A stretch of DNA of 63,346 nucleotides, filler included, from Asterionella formosa (taxonomy: Eukaryota), in NCBI GenBank assembly GCA_002256025.1. It is 18 parts of 18 records of this genome, joined end to end, with 100 filler letters (N's around TTAATTAATTAA, not from the genome) between each part and the next. Parts side by side here need not be neighbours in the genome. Positions count along the whole stretch, not along the records: positions 1 to 1,879 come from NKIB01000950.1; positions 1,980 to 3,858 come from NKIB01000951.1; positions 3,959 to 5,836 come from NKIB01000952.1; positions 5,937 to 7,813 come from NKIB01000953.1; positions 7,914 to 9,790 come from NKIB01000954.1; positions 9,891 to 11,767 come from NKIB01000955.1; positions 11,868 to 13,743 come from NKIB01000956.1; 11 more parts are not named here. One strand, given 5' to 3'. Shown piece after piece: positions 1-12,645 of this stretch. The position numbers and the translations under genes were made by a program. How positions within the stretch are numbered: position 1 is the first letter of the stretch; the number at the start of each line of letters is the position of its first letter. The notes beneath the pieces were generated by a model. The model saw only the letters and a program-made list of their open reading frames with translations. It did not search any database and had not been told where the DNA came from.

Positions 1-19
1 GTCGCACTCACTTGTCAAC

Positions 20-1384
20 TTGGTTCGTAACCTGAAATATAACAGCAGCTGCAAGTACCTCGTAACTTTCATTCCAGACTGTCAAGAATGGAATGATGTT
101 AACGAGTTGTACACTGCAATCTGTAGATCATTTGGTACTTCCTTACCGGCTCTCTCATGGAAGGTAGGCTCAGACAAGGACGAAAAAATGAGAGATCTCA
201 ATACTTTTGTCAATGCCATTGACTTGATTCTTCAACATATGAAGAAGAAATGGGTCCTAGTTTCCGATCAGATTAACAGATTGTTTGCTCGACCAGAGCT
301 AAACAAATCTGTTGATCTGGGTACGCTTCCCTTTCCTTTTCGTGTCATCAACAGCATAATGAAGGGCGACCGCATTGTCTCCATCATTTCGGCTTCCGCA
401 AACAACGAGATTGCCTAGAGGGAAAGTCATCGCGGGTTTGAGGAATACAATCACCCTTGCAAAATGAATTTAGCAGAAATAGAGCTTGCCTTTAAAGTGG
501 CTATACGGAATGACGGCAAAGAAATATTAAAGGTGACTGGTGGGGTGCCCTTACAAGTGAGGAATCTGATTTCCTTCAACTTTTCAATTGCCAATTATGA
601 AAAGGGTGAATTGTGCTCAATTCTATTTTCTCTTGGAAAATTGCATGACACGAAAACGGAATTAGAGTATGAGGGTATCACAATATCAGCAGTTGGTTGC
701 ATTTTGTCAAATACAGGCAATGCCTTATATTATGACAGAAAGTATTGGAGGGTCTCACTCATCACTACGAGCCATTGTTTCCTTTGGTGTTGGTAGCATA
801 TCAAACCTTCTTTTGGGAGGACATACTGGCATATGTCGAAACACACGAGGAATTACTTTTGTTAGTCTGTGCCAACCTTAGTACAACAAATGGCACTCGT
901 GGTCGGATTTTTGAATTTCTTGGTGATCAAGCACTGTTCAATCAATGCAAATGTTACTTTTTTGAAAGGATTTTCGGCATTGAAGAAATGCAATCTCATT
1001 GAAACTTTTCCCCCAAAGAGTAACTTTCCCTTAATAGATCCCCTTCCCTCCAATGTGTTGCCAAAAATCATGAACAAAAATGGAATGTATGTTCCCCGAA
1101 ACTCTGATCTCATCTGGAAGTGTGGCGATAGTGTGTGTGGTGTCCAGGTACATGTTTCCAAACATCACAATGTACTGAAAAAGTTTACAGAAATGTGTAA
1201 AAAGGCGGGATGGCTTACAAAGTTTAAGAAGATTTATTTGCTTTGTTTAAGTCCTGAACAAAGTGTTGCTATTTCTGTTCAAAACCTTATTCCTAAAACA
1301 CAGGGGCGAATCACAGTTGTTGCACTATGCAAAAGCAGTATACCTTGTCTCAAGACTCTACAATGGCCTAAACCAATGAAATGA
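20..1384 (+). pseudogene. Degraded Crinkler-type NTPase + PD-(D/E)XK nuclease-like gene
   Basis: Fragments 20-418 and 464-796 share a frame across one TAG, then frameshift into 745-1002 and 869-1384; Walker-B-like WVLVSDQIN, TGGVPL, RGRIFE, and C-terminal YVP..D.IW....GVQVHVSKH as in CR-REase domains. Confidence 0.5.
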
Positions 1385-1879
1385 AGAAATATATTGTTTC
1401 AGAATTTGGGGTGCTAGGGTAAGGGGAGCACGCCTTCTAAGGATCATGTACATATAGTGCTAAGGATCTATTCTAGAGTCTAGAGACCATTATGAACTGC
1501 TTAGACCACTATACTATTGTGATTCGGTTAGGGTCAAGGGATTCTTCCATGTAGGTGTATCCAGCACTTCTAGGGATGGGTGTTACTTGAGCGATGGTGG
1601 TAGCTACAACTAACCCAAGAAGTGCTATTATTATCATTTTTCTTTGTGCATCACTTAATTTGAAATTGTTTTGAAAATGTATCATCAACGATAACTCAAT
1701 TTGAACCAAAGTTCATCCATTCCAAACATGAGATTGTATCACTATTTTGTGATCACAGTGTATAATCATGGAGTAAGATGGATCTTCAATGGCAACAGGC
1801 CAGCAAAGATCACCATGTGTATATCCCTCCAGACCACTATATTGACAATGGTCATCATATCAAGCAGCAGCATAAAATA

Positions 1880-1979
1880 NNNNNNNNNNNNNNNNNNNNN
1901 NNNNNNNNNNNNNNNNNNNNNNNTTAATTAATTAANNNNNNNNNNNNNNNNNNNNNNNNNNNNNNNNNNNNNNNNNNNN
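1880..1979. other. Artificial contig linker (first of 17; others start at 3859, 5837, 7814, 9791, 11768, 13744, 15720, 17696, 19672, 21647, 23622, 25596, 27570, 29547, 31521, 61375)
   Basis: Identical 44N-TTAATTAATTAA-44N block with stops in all six frames; ORFs are cut abruptly at each linker. Confidence 0.99.
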
Positions 1980-2682
1980 ATAGTCCTGCTTTAGAAATTA
2001 TAAATCGATTACCATGTCAAATCAACATTGCATTCATGATTCTTACCTTGTTTCATTTATCTACTAGATACACCATCAAATGTGCGGTTCATCACTGAAT
2101 CCTATCGAGATAATAGAGAAGCATTTTTGTCAGCTCATCGAAAGAAAAATGGTAAACGAACAAGGCAAAATAACATACCCAGAAAAGCGACAACAAGGAT
2201 GGCTTAGAAACAACCCCATTCTTGTATGAATCTTCACTGTGATTTTGGAAATGGCCCTAGTATAGGAAACAAGGAGGTAGAAGTTTGAGAAGTAGAAGCT
2301 TGGGAAGTTAAACCAATGGCAAGAAGAAACAAAAACAACATACCCAAAAGGCGCCGACTACAGGGGCTTTAAAACAACCCACATTCTTCATTGAATCTTG
2401 AATATTCAGTCATGAGAGGCTATAAATTAGAAAGGATGTAGGGGTATGAGAAGAAGAAGCTCGGAAAAGAAGAACGATTGCGTTAAACTTACCACACAGA
2501 GGCCATCTTTGTCATCGTAAATTTTCCTTTCGACAAGACGATTTTTCAATTATGTGTTGTCAGGATGATACTGATAGAGTATTTAATTAATTGAAAATGG
2601 GCGCGGACACGGTTGTGCTCATATGACATACTAATAGAATGTACCATACTACCGTAGTGCAGTAAAATGAACACACTAAATA

Positions 2683-3127
2683 CTGGCGCGGTCTGCAGTG
2701 TGGTACGAGTCTACCATGAGGACCACCAATTTACCGCCCTTCAACTACCGGTACCAGGTAGTACCGGTAAAAAAATAGATACATCGGAAAATAAGGCAGT
2801 GGTGAGTATGGCTGGATTCATGTTCAGGGTACCTGGTACCAGTACCTGTATCCCCCCTCGTAAGCGCTACCAAGTATTTTATTTAGCTCACATGATGCAA
2901 TTTTTTTCATATACAAAACACTGCAGTGTAGTCGTCATGATCGGCTGGAGCATCCTGCAGCATGTCGTTTAAGCCTTGACCATGACGAAAATAGCGGAAA
3001 TCTCTACGAAAACTGAGAGCGACGCTTTCCTATTCGGAACATGTGTCAAGCAAAACATAGACAATACAATCGTAAAAGAATAACTGTAATAACACTAAAA
3101 TTGACGATGAAAATTAAAGTCGCCGAT
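2683..3127 (+). repeat. Interspersed repeat family A, copy 1 (probable non-autonomous DNA transposon end)
   Basis: Starts TA|CTGGCGCGGTCTGCAG; aligns by eye with 61475-61885 (reverse) and 59404-59587; shared core CCTTGACCATGACGAAAATAG. Confidence 0.85.
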
Positions 3128-3544
3128 GGCGCCATTTTTATGTAGCTAATTTAGAAATGCACAATTGAAGATGACAATCTTTCTAAGGAATTCGACTCTT
3201 TCACAGTAGCTGAAAAATGAATAATACTACGGCTATGACAATAGCATGATGAGTTGAAGCTTAAGATGTGAAAATCGATCTTTATCAAGTGAGAATTGAT
3301 TTATTGATTGTACCGGCAATATGTGTAGTCGTTAATGCAGGTATCAGTGCCGACAAAGCAATGTATTATTCTTTGGCAGTTGATACCAAAAAAAATTTGA
3401 AAGCAGAAAAAATAATAATTGAATCTATATTGGGGACTATTAATATATTTATTTGGTGAAACCAGCGTAATATTGCTGCGAAGTAGCATACTTTTGCCAT
3501 CATACTGTAGCAACGGCTAGTTGGTCAGTGAATATTTTTGCAAA

Positions 3545-3725
3545 CACACATAATTATTGGTTTGATCACATAATTATGCGATAAGTGAAATAAATTTTGT
3601 TTTAGATCACATAAATTCTGGTTTGACCCAAATAAATTCCGGAAAAAGTAGCATAATATTTTAGAAAAGTAGCATAAATAAGTCACTTTAGACATAAATT
3701 CGAAAAAGTGCCGTAAACGGCGTCT
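3545..3725. repeat. Array of short CATAA(A/T)TT motifs ending in hairpin GCCGTAAACGGC; possible transposon subterminal region
   Basis: About 8 degenerate cataaatt/aataaatt motifs at roughly 20-nt spacing. Confidence 0.4.
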
Positions 3726-5936
3726 TAGATGAAGCTATTTCGGATATCATGTCAAAACATATTCAGGAGCTGTCTCAGGCTGAGGCTTCCTCTGCATCTG
3801 ACAGTGAAAGCGACAATGGAGTCTCTATTCCTGGAGCAGAGAACAGCGATTTCTTCACNNNNNNNNNNNNNNNNNNNNNNNNNNNNNNNNNNNNNNNNNN
3901 NNTTAATTAATTAANNNNNNNNNNNNNNNNNNNNNNNNNNNNNNNNNNNNNNNNNNNNCTTTGTTAACTCATTTTGGTACTTGCTTCTTTGTTCCATACC
4001 GGCAGCATTTGCCACATGTCGCTTGTTTCCATGAACCTCTTTATAATTTTTTGGAGACATTGCTTGTACTACTATAACTGTTATCATTCTCTTCCTCAAA
4101 GTTCGATGATCTTAAAATCAGGTGTTGCAAGCTACAATGAAATGAATCATCAGCCACAACATACAATATTTTACGCTGTCTAGATATGATACCAAAAAAA
4201 TATGATCATCTCAACAATACTAGCTACCAGAGGACGTTCCATATTGAGAGTGCCTTTGATTTTTATAAATGTACGACACTTCATATATTTATATAATTAC
4301 AAATTTTATAATTATATACATGGCAAATATATTTTAAATTGTTCTGTCATGTTAACAAATAATGCCTGCTTCATGAAAAGAAATATCGGAGTAAAGCACA
4401 TGACAAGAAAGGAAAAGTTTACGCAATAACGAAAAACATTGTGGCTTCGACACATTGCGCCTTCGAAGAAGGTTGGAGTATGTTTAAGGTAATGAAGCCA
4501 TCAATGTGGTACTTGGATAAAAATCGTTGGGAGGTAGGACAACAACAAATTGTAAAGTAAACGCACATTTCCTTTTTTCTCAGTTGAATCAACAGCTCGT
4601 TTTGCTTGTTGGGGGGCACCAATGTAAAACAAAACAAAATTGGTAAGTGCTCTTGTCATTTTGTCATTGGACATATTCACTTCTGATGGAACATAACTGA
4701 CGGACACGTTACTTTACCTTCTCTCAAAGTTAAGCTAATGAAAATGAATTGGTATGTTTTATTCTGCAACATTGGAAACCTGAAACTTACTTATTCAAGA
4801 ATTTACTGACAATTTACTATTACAGACTTATACATCACTTGCTTTGATTTGGCTGTGGTAAGTGAAGCAAGCAAGAGGATACAATGGAATGGAGTTCCTC
4901 AGAGTTTCTGTTCTTACCATGGACCCAAAAACTGCATCAAACATCTTGATAGAGAGGTTCCCTAAATCTTGATGTAGACTGATAGATATTAGGTATACCG
5001 TTATGTTCAATATGTACCACGATGTAAGAACAATACGGCTGTGCCAGGTAGCAGTGTACTGCTGTTTTTACAATGTATTTGTACCGGCTATTTATACTGG
5101 CATATACCGCCCAGAGTGCGCTGTACCTGAACGTACCAGGTTCGGGGCACTGTAGTAGAAGCTAACGTATTCCTACTATCGGTATTAAAACTACACGGAT
5201 GCATGCATGATAGCGGGTTGATCGTGAGACAGAAACATGGTACCTTGTACCTGGAACCAGTTCTACTACCGGTAGGTACCAGGTACCTATGTTTTCTTAT
5301 GCATGTATAGTGTTGCGTCACGATGTAAACCTCTTACAGGGGTATCACACATGTAAAAATGCTACCTACATGTGGAGATATTATGATTGGCAGAACCCCC
5401 AATGTGGAGCGACTTATGATGAGGAGGGTCACTGTGGAGTTATTATATCCGTGGAAGTATTGAGAGGTTTACGGTAAATACATCAAATTAGTATAGTACT
5501 GTTTTCTAAGTACTCCATTTACAAACGAGCACATACGTACGGATAACTGTATGCACATATTTGTTAAACAAAGAACAGTGGATGTTGTAGGGAAACGATG
5601 GTGGTATTAATTATATCGCAATCAAGGCATGAAAAGAATCCTACAAACGCATTCGGAATCTGACATCAGTGACGGCCGAATGATGTTATTTTCCGGGTCC
5701 TGAATCAATCTTTCACGCGTAGTCTGGATACTGTCCCACATGGTTTCTTTGAAAACGATTGTAAATTCATCGTGGGTTTATGGCCAGACGCTACAGAGAA
5801 GGTGGTTGAGGGCGATCTTTGCAACCTTGAATTCGANNNNNNNNNNNNNNNNNNNNNNNNNNNNNNNNNNNNNNNNNNNNTTAATTAATTAANNNNNNNN
5901 NNNNNNNNNNNNNNNNNNNNNNNNNNNNNNNNNNNN

Positions 5937-6072
5937 TGCCTCAACCCTGCTTAGCGTGTGCGTACACACACTGTTGACTTGTCTTCATTGGTATGTTGTT
6001 CTTGTATTCACTGTTGAACTTGTCCGCATCTTTGTTACCATCAATAGAGCGACAAGTGGCTCTCATCATTGT
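5937..6072 (+). repeat. Repeat at left end of contig 4, homologous to 7555-7813
   Basis: 5937-5982 matches 7769-7813; 5990-6072 matches 7560-7642 (ATCAATAGAGCGACAAGTGGCTCTCATCATTGTT is identical). Confidence 0.85.
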
Positions 6073-6906
6073 TCAAAGTACAACTTGAAAAATATATATA
6101 TAAGCAATTCCCGCTCCAGCCATCATGTTGCCACTCGGGTACTTCTTTCTAATTTTTATTTATGCTTTAAGTATTTTCTCAAGTAATTTTTACTTAGGGG
6201 CGATACGAGGCAAATCGAATAATTCGGAATCAAGGCGGTTGCAGTCCCACAATTACAGAGTGCGAGGTCTGTATTTTCCATAATAATTGATGATGTATCT
6301 ATATCCAGATATTATGTAAAACAAAATAAAAATAGTTAAAAGAAAGTTTAGCTTGCACCAACAGCACCACTTTGCATATGCTTAGATTCAGTCGTTGCTA
6401 CTTATATAAGAGCATCGCCACTGCAGCGACCAAAAACCAAAGCCAATTGAAGTAAACATGCTACTTAGTCGAGAATTTCTTTATCAATAGTCGAATTTGC
6501 TTTACTTAGTTTTTCCCACAACATCAACCAAATCCTAGCGAACATAGTCAAATCTTGCGACCAAATTTTTAGAGAATAGAAATAGTACTAGAGTCTTGAT
6601 ACATGTGAATTATTCTCCTGGTAAAGTCGCCCTACTACCCCTAGTAGCAATAAGAAAACAAGGGGCACTTGTAGTGGTATTACATCCATTTCAGAAGAAA
6701 CAAGAAATGATATTAGCCAGCCATCAGATGACGACTGCTTCTACACATCTAGTAATACAAATACAGGAAGAAATATGAAGGGAACCAAAGCAGCAGGAGG
6801 ACAACAAAAAGTCGCTTAGCTTGTGTCTGTACCTGTAGTTTTGTGAATCTTAGCACTCATAATTCCTATGAATTCCTTATCCTTACGCTGCTAGCACTAC
6901 GCCTAC

Positions 6907-7290
6907 GTCTGCAAAAAAATCATCATATTTCTATGATGCATCATAGGATTATGATCATCTGATTATGATCATCTTATCATAACTTTTCGTTATATCATCT
7001 AATAATTTTGATAAATGCCCTTGTAAATTGTTCCTATTAGGTTCCTGTATTTGAATTTCTTGGTAGGATAATTTACCAGCTAGAGTAATATACTTTGGCT
7101 AATCATCTTCAGTACTCACGCCGATTTTTGCAACAATGACGAAATACTGCCGATGACAATTGGAAAGATTGTTTGCAAAAAGTCTTGAATTGTTGGTAAA
7201 GTGATCATTATATCTTTGAGTAATCATCATGTGCAGTGAATCTATGTTCATAATCATTCAATTAAGAGTTTACAGAGAAGCAATCATTCG
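6907..7290 (+). repeat. Interspersed repeat family B, copy 1 (DNA transposon terminus-like)
   Basis: TA|CGTCTGCAAA end, palindrome CTATGATGCATCATAG; reverse-complement homology to 23200-23621. Confidence 0.8.
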
Positions 7291-7554
7291 AACTTGGAAT
7301 GGTTCCACACACAGCGCACATAGTGATTCCGTTTTGTTGACCACCAGCATTACAATCTTGCCAATCAACTCATAAACAAACACATTCTACTTGTTCTCGT
7401 TGACATTTTCAATTCTCACATGATAATACATCTACAATTGAGATTCAGCATAGAAGGCCAAGGAGATGCAAAAATGTAACAGACTGCTGTCCACATAGTT
7501 ACAGTTATAGAATGATTCTGATTACAATTTCTTTTTCATATCGCTCGTTTCCGC

Positions 7555-7813
7555 ATTTGGGATGTTGTTCTTGTATTCATTGTTGAACTTGTCCAAATCT
7601 TTGTTACCATCAATAGAGCGACAAGTGGCTCTCATCATTGTTGTTTGTTCCTGGAAAAGTCGGTGTCCGTGTCATCATCAATAGAGGGACAAGTGTCCTT
7701 CATCATTGTGGTTTGCTGCTGGAAAGATTGGTACCCGTATCGTCATTTACTCGTTGGAACTGTCCATTGCCTCAAACCTGCTAAGCGTGTGTGTACGTAC
7801 ACTGTCGACTTGT
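7555..7813 (+). repeat. Repeat unit at right end of contig 4
   Basis: Permuted copy of the contig's left-end sequence, with an internal partial duplication (ATCAATAGAG.GACAAGTG twice). Confidence 0.85.
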
Positions 7814-7930
7814 NNNNNNNNNNNNNNNNNNNNNNNNNNNNNNNNNNNNNNNNNNNNTTAATTAATTAANNNNNNNNNNNNNNNNNNNNNNNNNNNNNNN
7901 NNNNNNNNNNNNNGGAACATCTTAAGCGAA

Positions 7931-9790
7931 ATGAAGGTGCTTTGCTTTCCCCTTGCGCTGTTGATTGCGCTCTCGTCATGTGCAAGCATCGTCAATGGAC
8001 TCAATGCCAATGATACGGATGAATTTACCTACGGAGCAACAGATACTTCGGGCACAAACAACATTTACGGTCCAGAACAATGGGGCAATGTTCGATGTGA
8101 CAATCCTGGGGCATGTGTAAGTTAAAAGTTGCGTCAATGGCCCTCCTCGTAATCGATGTTTCCGCTGCATGCGCATTGGTCTTGTAAACAGATCGGTCCT
8201 GCATCGGATTATTTGATAAGATTCAATTAATTCATGGCACCACACTGATCATTCCATCTGTGCGCATCTAACTGATATGAGCTTAACTGATACTCTTCCC
8301 CTCATCGTAACAGGCTGGCTGGCCTGATGCTTATATTTTGGCCAACAACTGGACGATTGGCCGAAATGGTAACACCTGTCAATGGTGCCCAGAGGATGGA
8401 TCTGGAAATTGCGGAAATCACCACGGATCTCCGATTAATCTACAGAGAGAACTAGCTGTGGAGAATAATACTTTATTTAAAAATTGCACAGATGACCACT
8501 GGATGAAACACGATGGTGGCAGCTGTACATTTGATCGACTTGTCGAGACGGAATCATTCACAATTGAACGGCATACCCTCAAGATTATCCAACCTATAGA
8601 AGTAGGCACTGATGTAACGCGATTGGATTGCCCTGCGGACGGTGGAAGGAAGTTCGCAAAAATCGATTTTTCTAATGGATTTCCCTTTCCATGGTTCTTG
8701 TCGCATACAGATTTCAAGGTGCCCTCCGAACACACGCAGAATGGAGTGCGCTTTTCCGCCGAGGTACAAATGGCGCATTGGTACTCTGAACCCAACCCGA
8801 GCGTAGGAAACGAGGTGCGTTATCATGTATCTGTATGAAGATTTTTTCTTTTTACCTCTTGTTCAACTATTGCTAACATTCCCATGTCACGAACGTCCAG
8901 ATGTCCCATATTTCAATCTTTTTACAAGCCTACGATAGCGCTCCTCCCTATCTAACCTTGGACCGCATAATTTGCCAGTGGCGAAGAGCGGAAGAGAGAA
9001 ACCGTGAAGCATGTGGACTACCAAGCGTGTTTCCATATCCTGGTTGCTTTCCATATTCTCGCGGCCGCACTGATGCTCCAGCATCGGTTTCTCCCAAACC
9101 CTCGTTTTCGGCCAGTCCTACAGTTGCTCCAAAGGTTGAGACGGTTCCGCCATCGAAAATGCTTATTGCGCCTTCCTCATTGCCTCCAGTTGTACCTGAG
9201 GTTCAGATTCCATCGATGGACCCAGCAAACTCATTTGCGCCATCTGCTGCATCAATCCCGTCGGCTCCTGTCACCGTGGCACCAGTGGCAAATGGTATGC
9301 CTGGATCAGTGTCGCCATCCTTCTCATCGACGGGGACAACCGTGAACAGTACTAACAGTACAATCCAAAAGCGTCATCTGCGACGAATGTCTGCACAGGA
9401 TGTGATGCAAGAAAATTACTCCAATGAAGGAGAAGATAAAAAGGTGCTTGAGGTTGATCCGATTAACTTTCAGTTCGACGAACGGACTGACAAGGAATGG
9501 AACGACTGGATCAGGAGTATGCAGGAGGACGATGAGGTCTTGAAAAATGTCCAAGATGAAGAGCGCCAATTGTTGGAAGGTGTCACCCTCCCTTTCAACA
9601 ACTACCAATTCTTGATTGATGCAAGAACGGAATACTACTTTCGCTATTCTGGCTCACAAACAGTCCCCCCTTGTTATGGGCCTTTCACACCTGGTACTCG
9701 TCGAAACACAAACCACTGGCGTATTTTGAAAGATCCAATCCGCGTGAACCCTCGTCAAATCATTGAGATGGAACGCTTATTGAAAGAACG
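7931..9790 (+). CDS. Secreted alpha-carbonic anhydrase-like protein, 3'-partial; join(7931..8116,8314..8814,8901..>9790)
   Basis: Signal peptide; FTYG..YGPEQW, GSPINL, PSEHTQNG, YFRYSGSQTVPPC, HWRILKDPIRV motifs; two phase-0 GT-AG introns (8117-8313; 8815-8900 with CTAAC branch) join the frames exactly. Confidence 0.88.
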
Positions 9791-9890
9791 NNNNNNNNNN
9801 NNNNNNNNNNNNNNNNNNNNNNNNNNNNNNNNNNTTAATTAATTAANNNNNNNNNNNNNNNNNNNNNNNNNNNNNNNNNNNNNNNNNNNN

Positions 9891-11767
9891 AAAGCACGAG
9901 CCGTCCCAAAAACAACGCAGGAAAAATCGACGGTACCTGGAGAGAGACTGTTTGTGGACATCAGCGGACCCTACGCGAAATCCGCTGTTGGCAATCAGTA
10001 CTGGGTCATGGCAGTGGACGACTACACAAGAAAGCGCTGGAGCTATTTCATTAAAAAGAAGAGCGATATCGGAACAGTCATTGAAGTTTTACTATCAAGT
10101 TTAGCCGGAGCCGGTCACAAGACAAAGTATGTCCGTTGCGATGACGCAGGCGAGAATACTAAACAATTGAGAAAGGTATGTGAAAATCGCGGTATAAAAA
10201 TGGAATTTACTGCCCCGCACACTCCACAACACAATGGTGTAGCGGAACGCGGTTTTGTCATTGTGCGACAGAGGGCACTAGCAATGATGCTAAGTGCGAA
10301 ACTAACAGATGAGTACCAAGGGCTATTATGGGCAGAGGCGGTACATACAGCTACACGTTTAACAAATAGTACAGTTAACTCAGTAACTAAAAGAAGTCCC
10401 GACGACATGTTCTACGGCGAAATGAATCCAAGAAGGCCCTACAAGTTATACAAGCAATTTGGGCGCGTAGGATGGGTTACTGCAAGACACAGCATCAAGA
10501 AATTAGACGCACGTTCTTTCAAGTGTGTCTTTTTGGGTTATTCGGAGGACCACTCCCAAGATACGTATCGTATGTATAATCATGAGACTAACACTGTAAT
10601 CAATACACGCGATGTTAAGTGGAGTGAGTGGCATGGAACAAACGCACCTACGGACGGACTAGGAAAAATCTACAAGGACAATGCTAAAGAGAAAGTAACA
10701 GTTCAACCAGAAGCTGAAGTCAATAATGATGGATTAGATGATGATTTCTACAATGAAGATTTACTACCAGAAGTTTCAGACAACAAGGAAGATGATGACG
10801 ACAAGGATAAATCAACCGCAGACACTGAAAAAGGAAAATCTACCTCAAGGAGTGATGAAATTTCTGACCTAGAAAAGAGAAATGTTTTGAAGCAACAGGC
10901 AAAGTTGGAACGAGAAATGAAAAAGTTGGACTCATCGTACAATCCAACTAAAAATGTTAAATTCCCTCCAGACACTTCACTACCAAATGTGATTGAGGAG
11001 GAAGCTTCTTCGAATAAGGAAACTGAAGTAAATTTCGTATTCAATGCAAGTCTTGCATCGGACCCAGGTTTACCAAATAGTTATGATGAGGCAATGATAA
11101 GACCTGATCGCAAAGAGTGGATGAAAGCTATAAAGAAAGAATTTGAAAACTTCCAAGCAAGAGGAGTGTGGACAATAGTTAAGAGAAATGACGTGAACAA
11201 GAGAGCTCTTAAGACAAGATGGGTCTTCCGTATTAAGGAGGACGTGATAACTGGAAAGACAGTATACAAGGCACGGTTGGTTGTAAAGGGATATGAACAG
11301 ATCCCGGGAGTTGATTTTACTGAAACATTCGCTCCTGTTGCAAGTGATGCTACAATAAAAACTGTTCTGGCTGTCACTTTGTACTACGGTTGGATAGCGG
11401 AAGCAATTGACGTTGAAGCAGCGTTTCTAAATGCTGACGTCAACGAAGACATTTATATTGAGCCCCCAGAAGGATTGACAGGGATCGATCAGAATATACA
11501 TATCTGCAAATTAATTAAGGCTATGTATGGAATTGTACAAGCTCCAAGATGCTGGTCCAAGACATTCGCGAAGTGCGTCACCAGCAAGAAAGGTATAACG
11601 AAAAGCGAAATAGATCCAATGTTGTTTATCTACCGTAACAACGATGGACAAATTGAAGGGCTGTTGGCAAACTATGTGGATGATGGAATTATTTGTGGTA
11701 CCAGGAATGCAGTGGACTACATGAAAAATATGATCAAGGAGGATTTTAATATCACGGAACAAGGTCC
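9891..11767 (+). mobile_element. Ty1/Copia pol fragment (integrase core to RT), intact frame
   Basis: Integrase D..DD..TAPHTPQHNGVAER, FLGYS, RT YKARLVVKGYEQ, IDVEAAFLN, YVDD; integrase precedes RT (Copia order). Confidence 0.96.
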
Positions 11768-12358
11768 NNNNNNNNNNNNNNNNNNNNNNNNNNNNNNNNN
11801 NNNNNNNNNNNTTAATTAATTAANNNNNNNNNNNNNNNNNNNNNNNNNNNNNNNNNNNNNNNNNNNNAGCCAGGTAGCGACTCAATGCAGCAGTCCGGGA
11901 TGCCGACATGCTGGGAGCAAAATAGATCGCACGATTGTTAAATCGAGAAGGTTTTAGATTTTCAACCGTCAAGGCTTGAATTTGTCGCACAGGGTAATAG
12001 TCGGAATAAAAGCGGGGCGGGGCGATCAAATGGGAAGGCGAGCGTGGAGCATTCACTTTTCGATCAGTTCAACTGTAAGGCATCGAACTGAAAGGCTGTG
12101 AGATACTGGTAAAACGAGAACACCAAAATACTATTTTATATGCATGACAGAATACATTTATATGCCAATCTTTTCGCTGAACACGTACCAGCCGGACGAA
12201 GTTCGCTCAATCACATCATTTACCGGAATACATGGTCGCAACGAAGGATAGGAGGCAATTGATTGAGAATTCGTACCGGTAGTGGGCGAGCTCTGATAAT
12301 AAAAAATTATTATATCATGTGTATTATAACACAAATCGTTGTACCCATAACCCCAAAA

Positions 12359-12435
12359 TTTGTGTTTGTGTTGACCAAATTTGGTAAACCTGGTAGGCAC
12401 CCAGGTTTACCAAATTTAGTCAACACAAACACAAA
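12359..12435. repeat. 35-bp inverted repeat with 7-nt loop (probably two abutting TIRs)
   Basis: TTTGTGTTTGTGTTGACCAAATTTGGTAAACCTGG-taggcac-CCAGGTTTACCAAATTTAGTCAACACAAACACAAA, one mismatch. Confidence 0.9.
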
Positions 12436-12645
12436 CTTTTACAGTTATAAATAACAATGCATTATATAAAAAGATGTTTAGACATGAATGACTATATGGA
12501 ATTTCCCGGAATATTTTAAGACTTGCTTGCTCATACTCAAAATGGCTTGCTCTTGCCAAAATAGGTATGCATATACATATGCATATCGTTACATATCAAT
12601 CAACCTCCTCAATAAATCGATCGTCATCGCTTTTAGATTTCGGCC

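Noticed and set aside
1924..1935. TTAATTAATTAA recurring about every 1.98 kb as a periodic biological repeat
   Set aside because: It is embedded in N runs and is a synthetic linker; the spacing reflects similarly sized contigs, so neighbourhood across linkers is meaningless
3959..5000. Possible decayed coding sequence on the minus strand (also 23722-24100, 37900-38330, 57620-58140, 59640-60070)
   Set aside because: Too degraded to assign without alignment
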